This document shows, piece by piece, positions 17,501 through 26,758 of a stretch of DNA of 37,689 bases. Position 1 is the first letter of the stretch; every line of letters begins with the position of its first letter. A model generated the notes under the pieces. It did not search any database. It was given only the letters and a program-made list of their open reading frames with translations, and was not told where the DNA came from. Origin of the DNA: Spirochaetia bacterium. Lineage in GTDB: Bacteria > Spirochaetota > Spirochaetia > DSM-27196 > Salinispiraceae. The position numbers and the translations under genes were made by a program. The stretch lies in assembly GCA_038204425.1 (NCBI GenBank), contig JBBRCZ010000019.1:1-37689 (forward strand), in the 5' to 3' direction.

Positions 17501-17849
17501 CGACAGAATTGAGCTTTTCCAAAACCCTAGTCCTAGCAAAATAGAAGTCCACATTGTCCCGGAAAATGACATAGATCATGGAAAATCCAAAACCGCTCTG
17601 GGCCCGGATGTCCTTGACGCCAGATATGCCCTGAAGAGTTGTGGAAAGTGGAAAGGTGATCTGGTTTTCTACATCCTTTGGCGTGCGACCAGGCCAGTCG
17701 GTAAAGACTATTACCTGATTCTCCCCCAAGTCCGGTAGAGCATCTATGGGCACATTGTAGAGGGCAAAAATGCCCCCTCCAGCCAGAGCCGCAAAAAGCA
17801 CAAACACCAGAACGCGGTTTTTGAGTACAAAATCAAGAAGTCTGCTCAT
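14514..17849 (-). CDS. cusA: CusA/SilA heavy-metal RND efflux transporter
   Basis: IDALPDLGENQVIV, LGPDGSGLGQ, ATDPA..TMIET, QPIQNRVDML, RIRPLLMT. Confidence 0.95.
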   Translation of the reverse strand: MSRLLDFVLKNRVLVFVLFAALAGGGIFALYNVPIDALPDLGENQVIVFTDWPGRTPKDVENQITFPLSTTLQGISGVKDIRAQSGFGFSMIYVIFRDNVDFYFARTRVLEKLNSVGNILPPGVVPTLGPDGSGLGQIFWYTVEGEGQDLQELRSIQDWYVRYGLASVEGVSEVASVGGFVKQYQINVDASKVFSYNLKNSDIVMAVQNSNKDIGAKVLELNGMEYLIRGAGFIKSTADIEQIVIGEKDGIPLRIKDIAQVTLGPDFRRGVLNKDGKEAVGGVVIMRYRDNPGTIIERIKKKIVEISPGLPEGVSIVPFYDRTHLIEETTGTLKESILVELLITMAVILAFALPFSHSIIISLSLPMSVLMTFLFMYLFKVDVHIMSLTGIIIAIGTIVDMAIVISENIYRNMNQAGDPHKLSLDQTRKVIHKGALEVAKAVAGAVATTVVPFLAILVLDGQSAKLFHPVVYTKTFLLIGSLVTAIFLLPPLYLEFHLWERKIANFKWKSTQGRIFKAVGIVGMVSGLVYLSILIFSLQQNQSTTPAQMIGQWVLDNKLMLGFSLIFLLLVWILAKYAQKIIRVVIPWALKNKWILVVPLALFAFAVYIMGFRIQNEFRPPLDEGAFLFMPVLLPSASLTQVNEVLEQQNKILKTFPEVEHAVGKLGRIESATDPADITMIETIVALKPKSQWRPGVTMESLKKEMDEVLGIPGVGNIWTQPIQNRVDMLSTGIRTAVGIKVFGKDLAEIEKLSLKIDQAIQNVDGLQSSYVERVMGKPYIEFILNRESIAWFGMSVFAVQEILETALGGENLTTVYEERERYPVRMRYQRDQRDSLEGLSNLLVVAPNGARIPISRLAEIRLSLGPSMINSENGQLRGVIYINLNQDIGPLEFVNAAQVAINEKLTMPKGYYFEFAGDFQNQIRANELLKWILPLCLFAIFVILYLSFGSLSQTVVVFLAIPVSLSGGILMLYFLGFKMSIAVVVGFIALFGVAVDDGIILTSYINQMKKGRVFNSIQEIRDMVTNASAQRIRPLLMTSTTSILALVPVLWATGRGSEIIRPMSIPSIGGMIMVLITIVIVPILNSWLLERSFKKALFRGLELVGERGCK

Positions 17850-17851
17850 GT

Positions 17852-19063
17852 TCAGTTTCTCCTATACTTTGTGTCAGAAAGTTGTGCTTGGCTGTCCAGG
17901 AGAAAAAGCCCATTGGCCACTACTTCCTCGCCTTCTGCAAGACCTTCAATGATGGCCACGGTGTCCTTGGATCTGTCCCCAACTATCACCTTGCGGCCTT
18001 CATACCGGCCTGCGCCCAAATGAACGTAGACGATTTTTCTGGCCCCCGAATCCAAAACAGCCGACTGAGGAATGGTTAGAAAATCTCTTCCTGACACCGT
18101 GCTGATGGCCACGTCAAAAAACATATTTGGTTTGAGCACACCCTCGGCATTGTTCAGATCGGCCCTGATTTTAAAGGTTCTTTGCACAGGGTCCAGTGAC
18201 GGACTTATAAAGTTGACAGGCACTTTTAGAGTTTTGCCGGGCAGCGCAGCGGTGGTTAAACTCAAAATACTGCCCAGTTTGACTTTTAGTATATCCTGTT
18301 CAAAGAGCTCGACCTCCAGCCACAATCGTGACAGGTCAGCCACATCAAAAAGCATCTCGCCTTCAGTGATGTACATGCCACTCGTAACCTCTTTGGAGAG
18401 GACTGTTCCTGATAGGGGAGAAAGAACTGGAACAGAGTTTAAGGGAGTGCCGGAGCTCAGAATTCTCTGAATCTGGGCGTTGGTTAGTCCCCAGAGCCTG
18501 AGTTTTTCTCTGGACTTTTCAAACAAAATTTTTCCCATGCCATCAGTGGAACTATCGCTTAGCTGGATAAGCTCCTGTTGGGCACCAATAAGCTCAGGCG
18601 AATAGATCTCAAGAAGTGGTTCATTTTCCCTGACCGTCACTCCGGCATAACTGGCAAAAAGTCTTTCCACCCTGCCGCTGTAGCGGGCGCTGATGTGAAC
18701 AAGCTGGTTCTCATTGGGAACAACTTTCCCCACTGCCTTCATCTCGCTTGTCCAGCTCCGTTTGGTGACTACTGCGGTACTAAGTCCGATCAGCGAAGCC
18801 TGAACCTCTTTTACACTTACTCGGGCGATGACGGACGACGGACTCTCCTCTGCCGCTATCTGGTCACTATCAGGCACTTGATCAAATACGGCTATATAAT
18901 CCATTCCCATGGGATCCTTGGCGGGTATGTCGCTGCGTACAGTGGGATCCATAGGATTGACGTAGTAAAGCGGCTTTTTTTCCGGCACCGCTGTTCCCGT
19001 TCCGCATCCCAAGAAGGATAAGGTAACCAAAAGGCCCCAAACTATTTTGAGCAAACGTTTCAT
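17852..19063 (-). CDS. cusB: CusB-type membrane fusion protein
   Basis: Lipoprotein-like signal LSFLGC, YYVNPMDP...KDPMGMD metal-binding motif, IYSPEL..AQQE, FLLDSQAQL. Confidence 0.9.
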   Translation of the reverse strand: MKRLLKIVWGLLVTLSFLGCGTGTAVPEKKPLYYVNPMDPTVRSDIPAKDPMGMDYIAVFDQVPDSDQIAAEESPSSVIARVSVKEVQASLIGLSTAVVTKRSWTSEMKAVGKVVPNENQLVHISARYSGRVERLFASYAGVTVRENEPLLEIYSPELIGAQQELIQLSDSSTDGMGKILFEKSREKLRLWGLTNAQIQRILSSGTPLNSVPVLSPLSGTVLSKEVTSGMYITEGEMLFDVADLSRLWLEVELFEQDILKVKLGSILSLTTAALPGKTLKVPVNFISPSLDPVQRTFKIRADLNNAEGVLKPNMFFDVAISTVSGRDFLTIPQSAVLDSGARKIVYVHLGAGRYEGRKVIVGDRSKDTVAIIEGLAEGEEVVANGLFLLDSQAQLSDTKYRRN

Positions 19064-20316
19064 TCTTGACTCCTTGATTCTTCGTTGTGAAATGACAAAA
19101 AGGATTTGCCGGTATAAAATTCCCACTCTATAAGGATAGCAAGCGCTTCCTTTTGTTTGGCAATCAGCTGCTCTTGCAGGTCATAGTTGCTCATAAAGGA
19201 TTCCAAGAGATCCGCAAAATCTGCCTTTCCGACTCTGTAGGATTCCAAAAGAATGGACGAGGTTTTTGACTGAAGAGGAATCATGACCGATTCTAGATTT
19301 AAGGATGTCGTTTGGATACCAGTCAACTTGGCGCGGGTGCTCTGAAAATACCGCAAGAGCCGGCTTGTTTCCGCTTCGCGCTTTAAGGCGACGGTGTTGG
19401 CCTCCAATTGATTGCTCGTCAGCATGGCAGACCTGGCAGCTAGAGAAAATGTAGGCAAAGAGATTCCCACTCCCAGACCGAGTTGACCCTGTTGGGGTTG
19501 TCCGGCTTTAAAACTCCAAGAAGCCTCAACCATGAGATCGGGTAAATAGCTGCCGATGGTGGCATTTTTTTCTGCTTCCACGGACTGGGCTTCCTTCAAA
19601 AGCATCGCCCAACCCGGCCAATATGATAGCGTGGTTTGCAGAAGTTCCAGGACAGGAGTAAGCGATTTTAATGGGGCTTTTAGGACAAATGGTTCTATAA
19701 CGGCTTGTGTACCGGGCCAATTTACTTGGCCCAGAATCTCGGCTGTAAGGCCTATCTCCCAAGCCTCCATCTCTGTTTTCTCATTGAGCACCCGGTTAAT
19801 GTTGACTTCCAACTGGTTCCATTCCACGAGAGAGAGATTACCCGTGGCAAACTTGACCTGTGCCAAAGACTGGATCTGTTTAAGCAGGGAGTAAGTCTGC
19901 TCTTTAAGTGCAATGCCTTTCCGCAGAGAAAAAAGCTCAATCAAGGACATGTTTACTCTGGCCTTGAGGTCGTTCTCTTTCTCCACAAGGGCCAAAGACC
20001 TAGCTTCGGTTTCAAACTTGGCCTGATCCGCAAGGGAGGAATTTTTGAACAGCCCCGTCAATTCCTGCTTTAGCGAAAATTTGTGGGTTTGCATGTCAGG
20101 GTTTAGCGGATCCATTATCTCATAGCCCAGTTGCAGATCCATTCCCATAGTTCTGATGCTGGCTTGGAGCGACGACCTGTCCCTGTCAGCACGGGCTATA
20201 TTGAGTTCTATGGCCGAGGAACTCTTGGTCAGAATATCCTGTACGGTGACAGTTTGAGCCAAAATTCCTGGGGGTACAGCCAAAAAAAACAAGCACTTCA
20301 AGGTAAGGTAGTTCAA
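19060..20316 (-). CDS. TolC/CusC-family outer membrane efflux protein
   Basis: TTG start with AGGAG RBS. OEP-like repeats (KFATG, YLPDL, SYRVGKADFADLL). First gene of the cusCBA order. Confidence 0.85.
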   Translation of the reverse strand: MNYLTLKCLFFLAVPPGILAQTVTVQDILTKSSSAIELNIARADRDRSSLQASIRTMGMDLQLGYEIMDPLNPDMQTHKFSLKQELTGLFKNSSLADQAKFETEARSLALVEKENDLKARVNMSLIELFSLRKGIALKEQTYSLLKQIQSLAQVKFATGNLSLVEWNQLEVNINRVLNEKTEMEAWEIGLTAEILGQVNWPGTQAVIEPFVLKAPLKSLTPVLELLQTTLSYWPGWAMLLKEAQSVEAEKNATIGSYLPDLMVEASWSFKAGQPQQGQLGLGVGISLPTFSLAARSAMLTSNQLEANTVALKREAETSRLLRYFQSTRAKLTGIQTTSLNLESVMIPLQSKTSSILLESYRVGKADFADLLESFMSNYDLQEQLIAKQKEALAILIEWEFYTGKSFLSFHNEESRSQE

Positions 20317-20350
20317 ATTTAGCTCCTATAAATGAACTATAACTACCTGA

Positions 20351-20368
20351 TGTGAAGAAGCTGTGAAG
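20351..20368 (-). promoter_or_regulatory. Putative OmpR-family (CopR-like) binding site upstream of cusC
   Basis: Direct repeat CTTCACA-N4-CTTCACA (11-bp period), 35-52 bp upstream of the cusC start. Confidence 0.55.
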
Positions 20369-20370
20369 TT

Positions 20371-21753
20371 TTAAACCAACAATGACAACTCGAAGCAGCT
20401 GCCTTTTCCCTCTTCGCTTTTGACCTTTAGCTTGCCGCCCAAAGTGTGACTTAGCGATTGGGCTATGGATAGCCCTAGCCCGGCACCGCCGGTGGAGCGG
20501 GTGCGGGAGACATCCGCTCTATAAAATCTTTCAAAAATGAAGGGTAGGTCTTTTTCTGCGATGCCGATGCCGTTATCAACGACCTGAAATACAATTTTTT
20601 GCTTTTTTTGAACAATTGAGACACTGACTCTGCCATTTTCTTGAGTGTATTTGAGAGCGTTGGAAACAAGATTGAATAGGATCTGTCGTACTTTGTCGTC
20701 ATCAGTCAGAAAACTAAAATCCTGGGTTTCTCCCTTGAGGGCAATTTTCTTGTCCATTGCATCGGCTTCAAAAGGTTTGAGCAGGCTTTTAAGAAACGAT
20801 AGCGAGTTCAATTTTGTAATGGTCGCTGGTTCAGTAGCGACATCAACCTTAGTTAGGTTTTCCAGTTGACCAACTATACGGGTAAGACGCAGCACTTCCT
20901 GTCTCAGGGTTTCCAGTTGATCTTTGTCGGTGGGAATGATGCCGTCGATTAACGCCTCAAGTTTTGCCTGAAGAATGCACAGCGGCGTTCTGAGCTCATG
21001 GGAAACGTCGACCGTTAGTCGTTTGCGTAGAGATTCTTGTTCCTGCAAGTTCTGTCCCAGCAACTGGATGGAGAGGGAAAGATCCTCAATTTCTGTAATA
21101 GCAGTATCTTTGACGATTGGCGCTGTCCAGTTGCCGAGTCGAATCTGATGAGCAGCTTCGGTTACTCTTAGTATTGGTCGGCTAATCCAACGAGCCATAA
21201 AGGCTCCCAGAAGAAGTGAGCCAACTAGAACCAAGAGGCCAAGGATCAATATCCATCCATTTAGTACTTTGAGAAACTCCAGTTCCGAATCATTGAAAAA
21301 ATATGGCCCATAGTGCCCAAAAGTTACCCGGCCCTCAAGGTTGGGCCCAAACTTGATCGGAAAAGTGTCCTGTTCATATGTTCCTTTCCAGCCCGGAGAA
21401 TAGCTTTCCATGACCATGGCCATATGGTTGAGCATGGCGGTGCAAAGTCCTGCATTGTGAGTTTCGGCATCCCAGACAAGCAAACCCTTTTCATCCACAA
21501 GCTTTACAACGTAACCCCTAGTAAGAGCCTCCAAGCCTATGGTGGTCAAAGCATCACTATTCCAGCCAGTTTCCTTGAGATAGGCTTTTGGCAGGGTGTC
21601 AGTGTAGACCTGCACTTCCCTGGCGATCCTAGTTTGAACCAGGATGCTAAACTGGTAGTTGACTAGAAAATTGGACGAGAACAATACAGCAAGGATGCCA
21701 AAAACAGCCACCAGAGCATAGGTCAGCATCAGCCTAGATCTTAGACTTTTCAT
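20371..21753 (-). CDS. Sensor histidine kinase (BaeS/CopS-like, HAMP-HisKA-HATPase)
   Basis: DVSHELRTPL, NLVSNALKYT, DNGIGI, FERFYR, GGAGLGL. Periplasmic HNAGLCTAMLNHMAMVM Met/His patch. Confidence 0.93.
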   Translation of the reverse strand: MKSLRSRLMLTYALVAVFGILAVLFSSNFLVNYQFSILVQTRIAREVQVYTDTLPKAYLKETGWNSDALTTIGLEALTRGYVVKLVDEKGLLVWDAETHNAGLCTAMLNHMAMVMESYSPGWKGTYEQDTFPIKFGPNLEGRVTFGHYGPYFFNDSELEFLKVLNGWILILGLLVLVGSLLLGAFMARWISRPILRVTEAAHQIRLGNWTAPIVKDTAITEIEDLSLSIQLLGQNLQEQESLRKRLTVDVSHELRTPLCILQAKLEALIDGIIPTDKDQLETLRQEVLRLTRIVGQLENLTKVDVATEPATITKLNSLSFLKSLLKPFEADAMDKKIALKGETQDFSFLTDDDKVRQILFNLVSNALKYTQENGRVSVSIVQKKQKIVFQVVDNGIGIAEKDLPFIFERFYRADVSRTRSTGGAGLGLSIAQSLSHTLGGKLKVKSEEGKGSCFELSLLV

Positions 21754-22460
21754 TAGCAGTGCTCCCGCCAGCGATAGCCGAAGCCAATCACCGTTTCAAT
21801 ATAAAACGGTTGAGCGGTATCTTCTTCCAATTTCATGCGCAGATTCTTGATATGCGCATCGACTGTTCGGTCAAACCCTTGAAAGTCCTCCCCTAAGGCG
21901 GACTCGGCCAATTGATTTCGCGAAAAAACCTGACCAGGATGGTCCATCAGATGACACAGCAAGCGGTATTCCGTGGGAGTTAGATTCACAACTAGGCTGT
22001 TTTTAAGGCATTCCCGCGTTCTCCTGCTTACTACAAGGCTGCCATCAAAGGAGGACAGCTGGTCTTGCTCTTTTGCTGGCGCAGTTCTGCTTCGCTTCCT
22101 AATGGCCTCGACACGCGCCAAGAGCTCTCGTGGACTAAAGGGTTTGGTGAGGTAATCATCAGCACCGAGCTGAAATCCATTGATCTTCTCTTCTTCGGTG
22201 ACCTTGGCGCTTAGCATCAAAATAGGGACTTGAGAGCGGCGCCGTATAATCTGGCAGACCTGTTCACCTGATCTGTCTGGGAGCATAAGATCCAGAATCA
22301 CAAAATCAGGGTTATGAGCCGTAAATAGTTCTAGCCCTGATTTTCCGTCTTGGGCCTCAAGGACTCGGAAGCCAGCATGTTTTAAGTAGGAGCTTACCAC
22401 TTCTCTAATTGACGGCTCATCATCAATTACTAGGACTGTCATTTTTGAACCTAAACTCAT
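21753..22460 (-). CDS. OmpR-family response regulator
   Basis: IDDE, LDLMLP, KPFSPREL, LTPTEY, RTVDAHIKNLR, ETVIGFGY. Confidence 0.95.
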   Translation of the reverse strand: MSLGSKMTVLVIDDEPSIREVVSSYLKHAGFRVLEAQDGKSGLELFTAHNPDFVILDLMLPDRSGEQVCQIIRRRSQVPILMLSAKVTEEEKINGFQLGADDYLTKPFSPRELLARVEAIRKRSRTAPAKEQDQLSSFDGSLVVSRRTRECLKNSLVVNLTPTEYRLLCHLMDHPGQVFSRNQLAESALGEDFQGFDRTVDAHIKNLRMKLEEDTAQPFYIETVIGFGYRWREHC

Positions 22461-22510
22461 TCATTTTTAAACGTAAATCCAACTCAGTCCCAAACCTGCG
22501 ATTGCAAGCA

Positions 22511-22717
22511 CTATTTTATTCCCGTCACCGTATAGCCAGCTTCGGCCACAGCGTTTCGGATCGCCTCATCCTCTAGCGAGGAGGCGCTAATCTCGGCCTG
22601 ATTTTTTTTAAGATCTACGCGCACATCCTCTACGCCGGACAGACCCTTTAAGGCCGTTTCCACATGGGCGACGCAGTTTTTGCATGACATGCCTTCAATC
22701 GAAACTATCTTTTTCAT
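22511..22717 (-). CDS. copZ: CopZ-like copper chaperone (HMA domain)
   Basis: GMSCKNCV motif, 68 aa, GGGAG RBS. Confidence 0.9.
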   Translation of the reverse strand: MKKIVSIEGMSCKNCVAHVETALKGLSGVEDVRVDLKKNQAEISASSLEDEAIRNAVAEAGYTVTGIK

Positions 22718-22858
22718 CTTGTACTCCCTATAGATATGAGCAGCTCGTGCGCAGGATAGCGCGCTTTGCGCACCAGTCATTGTCCTACGCTTGGTGATAT
22801 TTTGCAAGGCCATGAGTACATGCATCAAAGCGGACACAAAGTGACACCATTTAAGCGC

Positions 22859-23648
22859 TTACAACTGCTTGTTTAGTATTTCTGACTCAATAATTCTTAC
22901 GCATTCTGCAGGTTCTTCAAAGATAGGGCTATGTGCTGAGTGCAGAAATGAATAGAACATTTTTGTAGGGGCGCTTATTTTTTTATAGTATTCTTTTGCT
23001 AATTCATAAGAACAAGTGTAGTCGAATATCCCATGAAAAAAATACATCGGAACTTCAAACGAAACACTCTCCTTGCCTCTCCACAGATTAATTTTATCGT
23101 TAAAACTATATTCACTAAAAAACAATGACGGAATAAATAGTCCTGTTATGACATTGTTCATAGTTCTCATCGTGCCTACACCCAAATCATGCATTGCTGC
23201 ATCTCTATGTTTGATATAGGTTTCCGGCAGTGGAGTGTTTAATTCTACTGGGCTAGTTAGTAGCTCTTGATAGGTTTTGTAATTTTTTGGCATGCCCTTG
23301 TACTGTTGCAGGATATATTCATAAGCTTTTTTTTCCGACAAGTTTTGGTACGATATTTGGGCTACGCCAATATACGCTTGGTACAGCTGAGGGTGCTTCT
23401 CAATAACTTTAATCCCAAGATAGGTTCCACCAGAGTGAGCCATAAGATAGCCCCGCACCACGTTGCTCAAGCCAGACTACGGTGAATATTTCGTCCAAAC
23501 CAGTAGGATACTGTTCAGGAAGAAAATAATCCGGCATTCCACCGTGTAGATAAAGAAGAACTGGATTTGATTTATTTTGACCTTTAATGAAAAAGCCCAG
23601 GATTGCCAAAAGCAAGCCCGCAATGAGCGTAATCAAATGCAAATTCAT
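22859..23648 (-). pseudogene. Alpha/beta hydrolase (prolyl aminopeptidase-like), frameshifted and deleted
   Basis: YLHGGMP...EQRGAGLSY is joined out of frame to YLMAHSGG(T). GIFDYT and SAHSP carry the catalytic Asp/His. Confidence 0.8.
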
Positions 23649-23739
23649 TGGTAAGTCCTAAACTTTAGTCTCAGTGATATTTGTTTATAGTATAGCTTAA
23701 AAGGGCAGGGGTGGCTGATCCACCCCAAAAATTTTTATA

Positions 23740-25956
23740 CTATGATTTCTTGCGAAACAGTTTTACCAAAGGATGAGCTAAGATAGATTCAATAAAGGCC
23801 TTTCTGGCTGCTTGCTTGTGAATTTCTGAATAGGTAGGATAGGCATGGATGATGTTTTGTAAGACACGGAAAGGTTTGCCCAAGGCTTTGACAACTTGAG
23901 TTTCGTGGATCAATTCACCAGCACGAGGGCCTAAGATATGCGCGCCGATAATCCGGCCTCTTTTGTTCAGTATCCATTTTGCAAGCCCCGTTTCAACCGC
24001 ATCGCATTTGGCTCTATCTAAAGCTGTTAGATCCTGCCGCACCACCTGAATTCTCTTTCCGTATTTTTTTATCGCTTCTTCTTCGGTCAATCCGATTCGG
24101 GCCAGTTCTGGGTCGGAGAATACAGCCCATAGCATATGGGTATAGTCAGCTCTTACAGGCCACGGAAATAGGTAGTCCAGTGAAGCAGTTACACCTTGGA
24201 GCCCCGCATTGTGGCTTAAGGGAAAGATTCCTGTGCAGTCTCCAGCTGCAGAGATAGAGGAGACCGTTGTTCTCATGTTTTTTTTCACTAATATGCCCAT
24301 TGGTCCTGTTTTTACTCCAACTTCTTCCAATCCAAAGCCTTTGGTGACCGCCCGACGGCCGAGCCCCAGCAAGAGAACTTCCGAGACCACACTTTGCGTT
24401 TTGCCGCCTAGCTCAAACGAACAGCCGATCGCTCCCGGGCCACCAGAAACAGCAGTCACCTTAGCAGAAGTCAGAAGAACGATGCCTTCTTTGACCAGTC
24501 GGTCATGCAGTAGTTGGGTGATCTCTTGATCTTCTCGAGGTAAAATGCGGGCTGCCATTTCCAAAACCGTCACTTGCGTGCCCAAACGCTGGAAAGATTG
24601 GGCCAATTCTATGCCAATCGGTCCCGCGCCAAGAATGGTCATAGTTTTGGGCCAAGAACTAAGGTTAAAAATGGTCTGGTTGGTGAGATAGGGAACCTGG
24701 TCCAAACCAGGAATTGGTGGAATAAAGTTTTCCGAGCCCGTGGCGAGGACAATTCTGGACGCAGTATAGACTTTGCCCGCTACCGTAACCTGATGAGGAC
24801 CAGTAAGCGTGGCTGTGCCCTTGAGAACCTCAGCACCCCAGCGAGCCACTGCATCTGGATCCTCTTCGGCATACACTTTTTCTTGCACAGATCGGATGTA
24901 TTCCAAGACTTTGAGGGAGTCCCATCCTGCTGGAATAGAAGCTGTGTCTGGAGATTTGATGCCTTGGAATCGAGATAGGCTGCGAGCCTCCCAGACTGCA
25001 TGGGCGCTACGAATCAGGGCTTTTGAGGGTATGCAGCCAGACCAGGTACATTCTCCACCCAACCGATCTTGTTCCACCAAGAGAGCTTTTTTTCCAAATC
25101 CAGCGGCAGTTCGTATTGCAGAAATGCCGGCAGAACCGCCACCGATTACAATCAGGTCAAAATCATATTTCATTAGAATCTCCTTTTTTTGCGAATTAAC
25201 GAATGGTGTCCTTAAGATACCCCAGGGACTATGCCAGGAGCTTTGCCTATACAAAGGAAGCCCCAGTTTGATCTGAGAAGGATCATCAAGGGTTTTGAAG
25301 GAACCAAAAATTCGGTCCCACCAAGAGAAAACGGAAGAATAGTTGGATTTAAATTCTGCGATTTTTACACTGTGATGAATTTTATGCATAATTGGGGTAA
25401 CTAAGAACCAGTTAACAATACGGTCAAGGCGAGGTCCCAAAGTGAAGTTGCCATGGTTAAAAATTGAGGCCGATACCAAGATACCGTCGTACCAGAGAAT
25501 GGTCAGGGGTGGAACTCCCAGCAAAAGAAAAAGCGGAATACGCAGAATGGATGAAAAAGCGATCTCAGCAGGGTGGAACCGTAAGGCCGTGACTGCGTCC
25601 ATTTCCGTATCTGTATGGTGAACTTTGTGAAACTTCCATAGGAACGGTATAATGTGGTTTAACCTATGCCACCAGTATGTCCAACAGTCCAGCAGCAGGA
25701 TTCCCAAGCCAAAGCTTATGAACCAAGGCAGCGCGACAAAGGACAACAAGCCAAAACCCCAGGTGCCTGATCCTTGCAGTACCCAGCTAGTCAAGCCAGA
25801 AAAAAAGAGCATTCCCATGCCGCCGTTAATCAGAGCGATAAAAAGATTGCTCACCCTCTTTCGCCAATGACTACTTGGATATTTAAAAAAAGGCGCCAGA
25901 AATTCCCACAACAAAAAAAATGCTAAACTGCAGACGATCACCACAAGCTTTTCCAT
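23740..25956 (-). CDS. Sterol desaturase/fatty-acid hydroxylase domain fused in frame to an LpdA/MerA-like pyridine nucleotide-disulfide oxidoreductase (internal start at 25173)
   Basis: His boxes HRLNH, HKVHH, FNH and HKIHH. Then AAGGAG RBS + MKYDFDLIVIGGGSAG, GGECTWSGCIPSK, GAGPIG and HAYPT. Confidence 0.88.
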   Translation of the reverse strand: MEKLVVIVCSLAFFLLWEFLAPFFKYPSSHWRKRVSNLFIALINGGMGMLFFSGLTSWVLQGSGTWGFGLLSFVALPWFISFGLGILLLDCWTYWWHRLNHIIPFLWKFHKVHHTDTEMDAVTALRFHPAEIAFSSILRIPLFLLLGVPPLTILWYDGILVSASIFNHGNFTLGPRLDRIVNWFLVTPIMHKIHHSVKIAEFKSNYSSVFSWWDRIFGSFKTLDDPSQIKLGLPLYRQSSWHSPWGILRTPFVNSQKKEILMKYDFDLIVIGGGSAGISAIRTAAGFGKKALLVEQDRLGGECTWSGCIPSKALIRSAHAVWEARSLSRFQGIKSPDTASIPAGWDSLKVLEYIRSVQEKVYAEEDPDAVARWGAEVLKGTATLTGPHQVTVAGKVYTASRIVLATGSENFIPPIPGLDQVPYLTNQTIFNLSSWPKTMTILGAGPIGIELAQSFQRLGTQVTVLEMAARILPREDQEITQLLHDRLVKEGIVLLTSAKVTAVSGGPGAIGCSFELGGKTQSVVSEVLLLGLGRRAVTKGFGLEEVGVKTGPMGILVKKNMRTTVSSISAAGDCTGIFPLSHNAGLQGVTASLDYLFPWPVRADYTHMLWAVFSDPELARIGLTEEEAIKKYGKRIQVVRQDLTALDRAKCDAVETGLAKWILNKRGRIIGAHILGPRAGELIHETQVVKALGKPFRVLQNIIHAYPTYSEIHKQAARKAFIESILAHPLVKLFRKKS

Positions 25957-25972
25957 TATTCGCGCTCCTCGT

Positions 25973-26758
25973 TTAAGTCAGAGACCGTCTTCTTTGCCAC
26001 TTGTTCAAAACTAAGTCCAAACCAGCAAAGACTATCAAAGGAAACAAAAGAAATACCAAAGCGAGTACCGAGGCCCAGGATCTTTGCGAACTGGCCAATG
26101 CGGGTACTATCACGGTCGCAAAAGATGGAACAACCCCACCTCCAAAGAGAGATACAAGAAAATAGTCCGAGAAAGCAGCCAAAAATACTATTGACGACCC
26201 GGAAAAAATGGCCGGCCATAACAATGGCAGTTCTATTTGTAAAAACACCCGTACAGGACCGGCGCCTAAGTTACGAGCTGCGGCTCCAAGCTCTGGACCT
26301 AGAAGTCGGTAGCCCCAGGTGAGGGATCGCAAGAGATAGGGATAACTATAAAAACAGAGCATGACTACAATAAGTCCAGGAGTGTCAGTGAGGCTGAGGC
26401 GGCTGAGCCAGTAGTGATTGCCCAAAGCCGTAGTTACGGCAGGTATTACCGCCGGTGTTAACAAGAGAAGCTCCCAGAGATCCCTTGCGGGTATCCGGTC
26501 CCTTGCCAAGGAAGCAGCCGCCGGTAAGGTCAAAACCAAAGATAGAAGTACCGCTCCAAGCGAGTAAAGAAAACTACTTAAAAGTGGTATCAAGAGATTG
26601 TTGCGGCTGACTAGTCGTCCCCAGTAGTCCATGGTCAGAACACTGGGTAGCAGGTCGGGGTAGGACCAGGACCCTGCTAAGGATTGAAGCCCCAATAGCC
26701 CCACGGGAACGACAAAAACTATTGCCAAAAAGCCAAAGAGCAATGTTTTTTTAATCAT
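25973..26758 (-). CDS. ABC transporter permease (YnjC-like C-half)
   Basis: WSYPDLLP, EAA-like AARNLGAGP..VF..IELPLL, FSDYF...GGG. Confidence 0.85.
   Translation of the reverse strand: MIKKTLLFGFLAIVFVVPVGLLGLQSLAGSWSYPDLLPSVLTMDYWGRLVSRNNLLIPLLSSFLYSLGAVLLSLVLTLPAAASLARDRIPARDLWELLLLTPAVIPAVTTALGNHYWLSRLSLTDTPGLIVVMLCFYSYPYLLRSLTWGYRLLGPELGAAARNLGAGPVRVFLQIELPLLWPAIFSGSSIVFLAAFSDYFLVSLFGGGVVPSFATVIVPALASSQRSWASVLALVFLLFPLIVFAGLDLVLNKWQRRRSLT

Noticed and set aside
23740..25173. Mercuric reductase MerA
   Set aside because: There is no C-terminal vicinal Cys pair, no NmerA domain and no mer genes. It is an LpdA/MerA-like paralogue.
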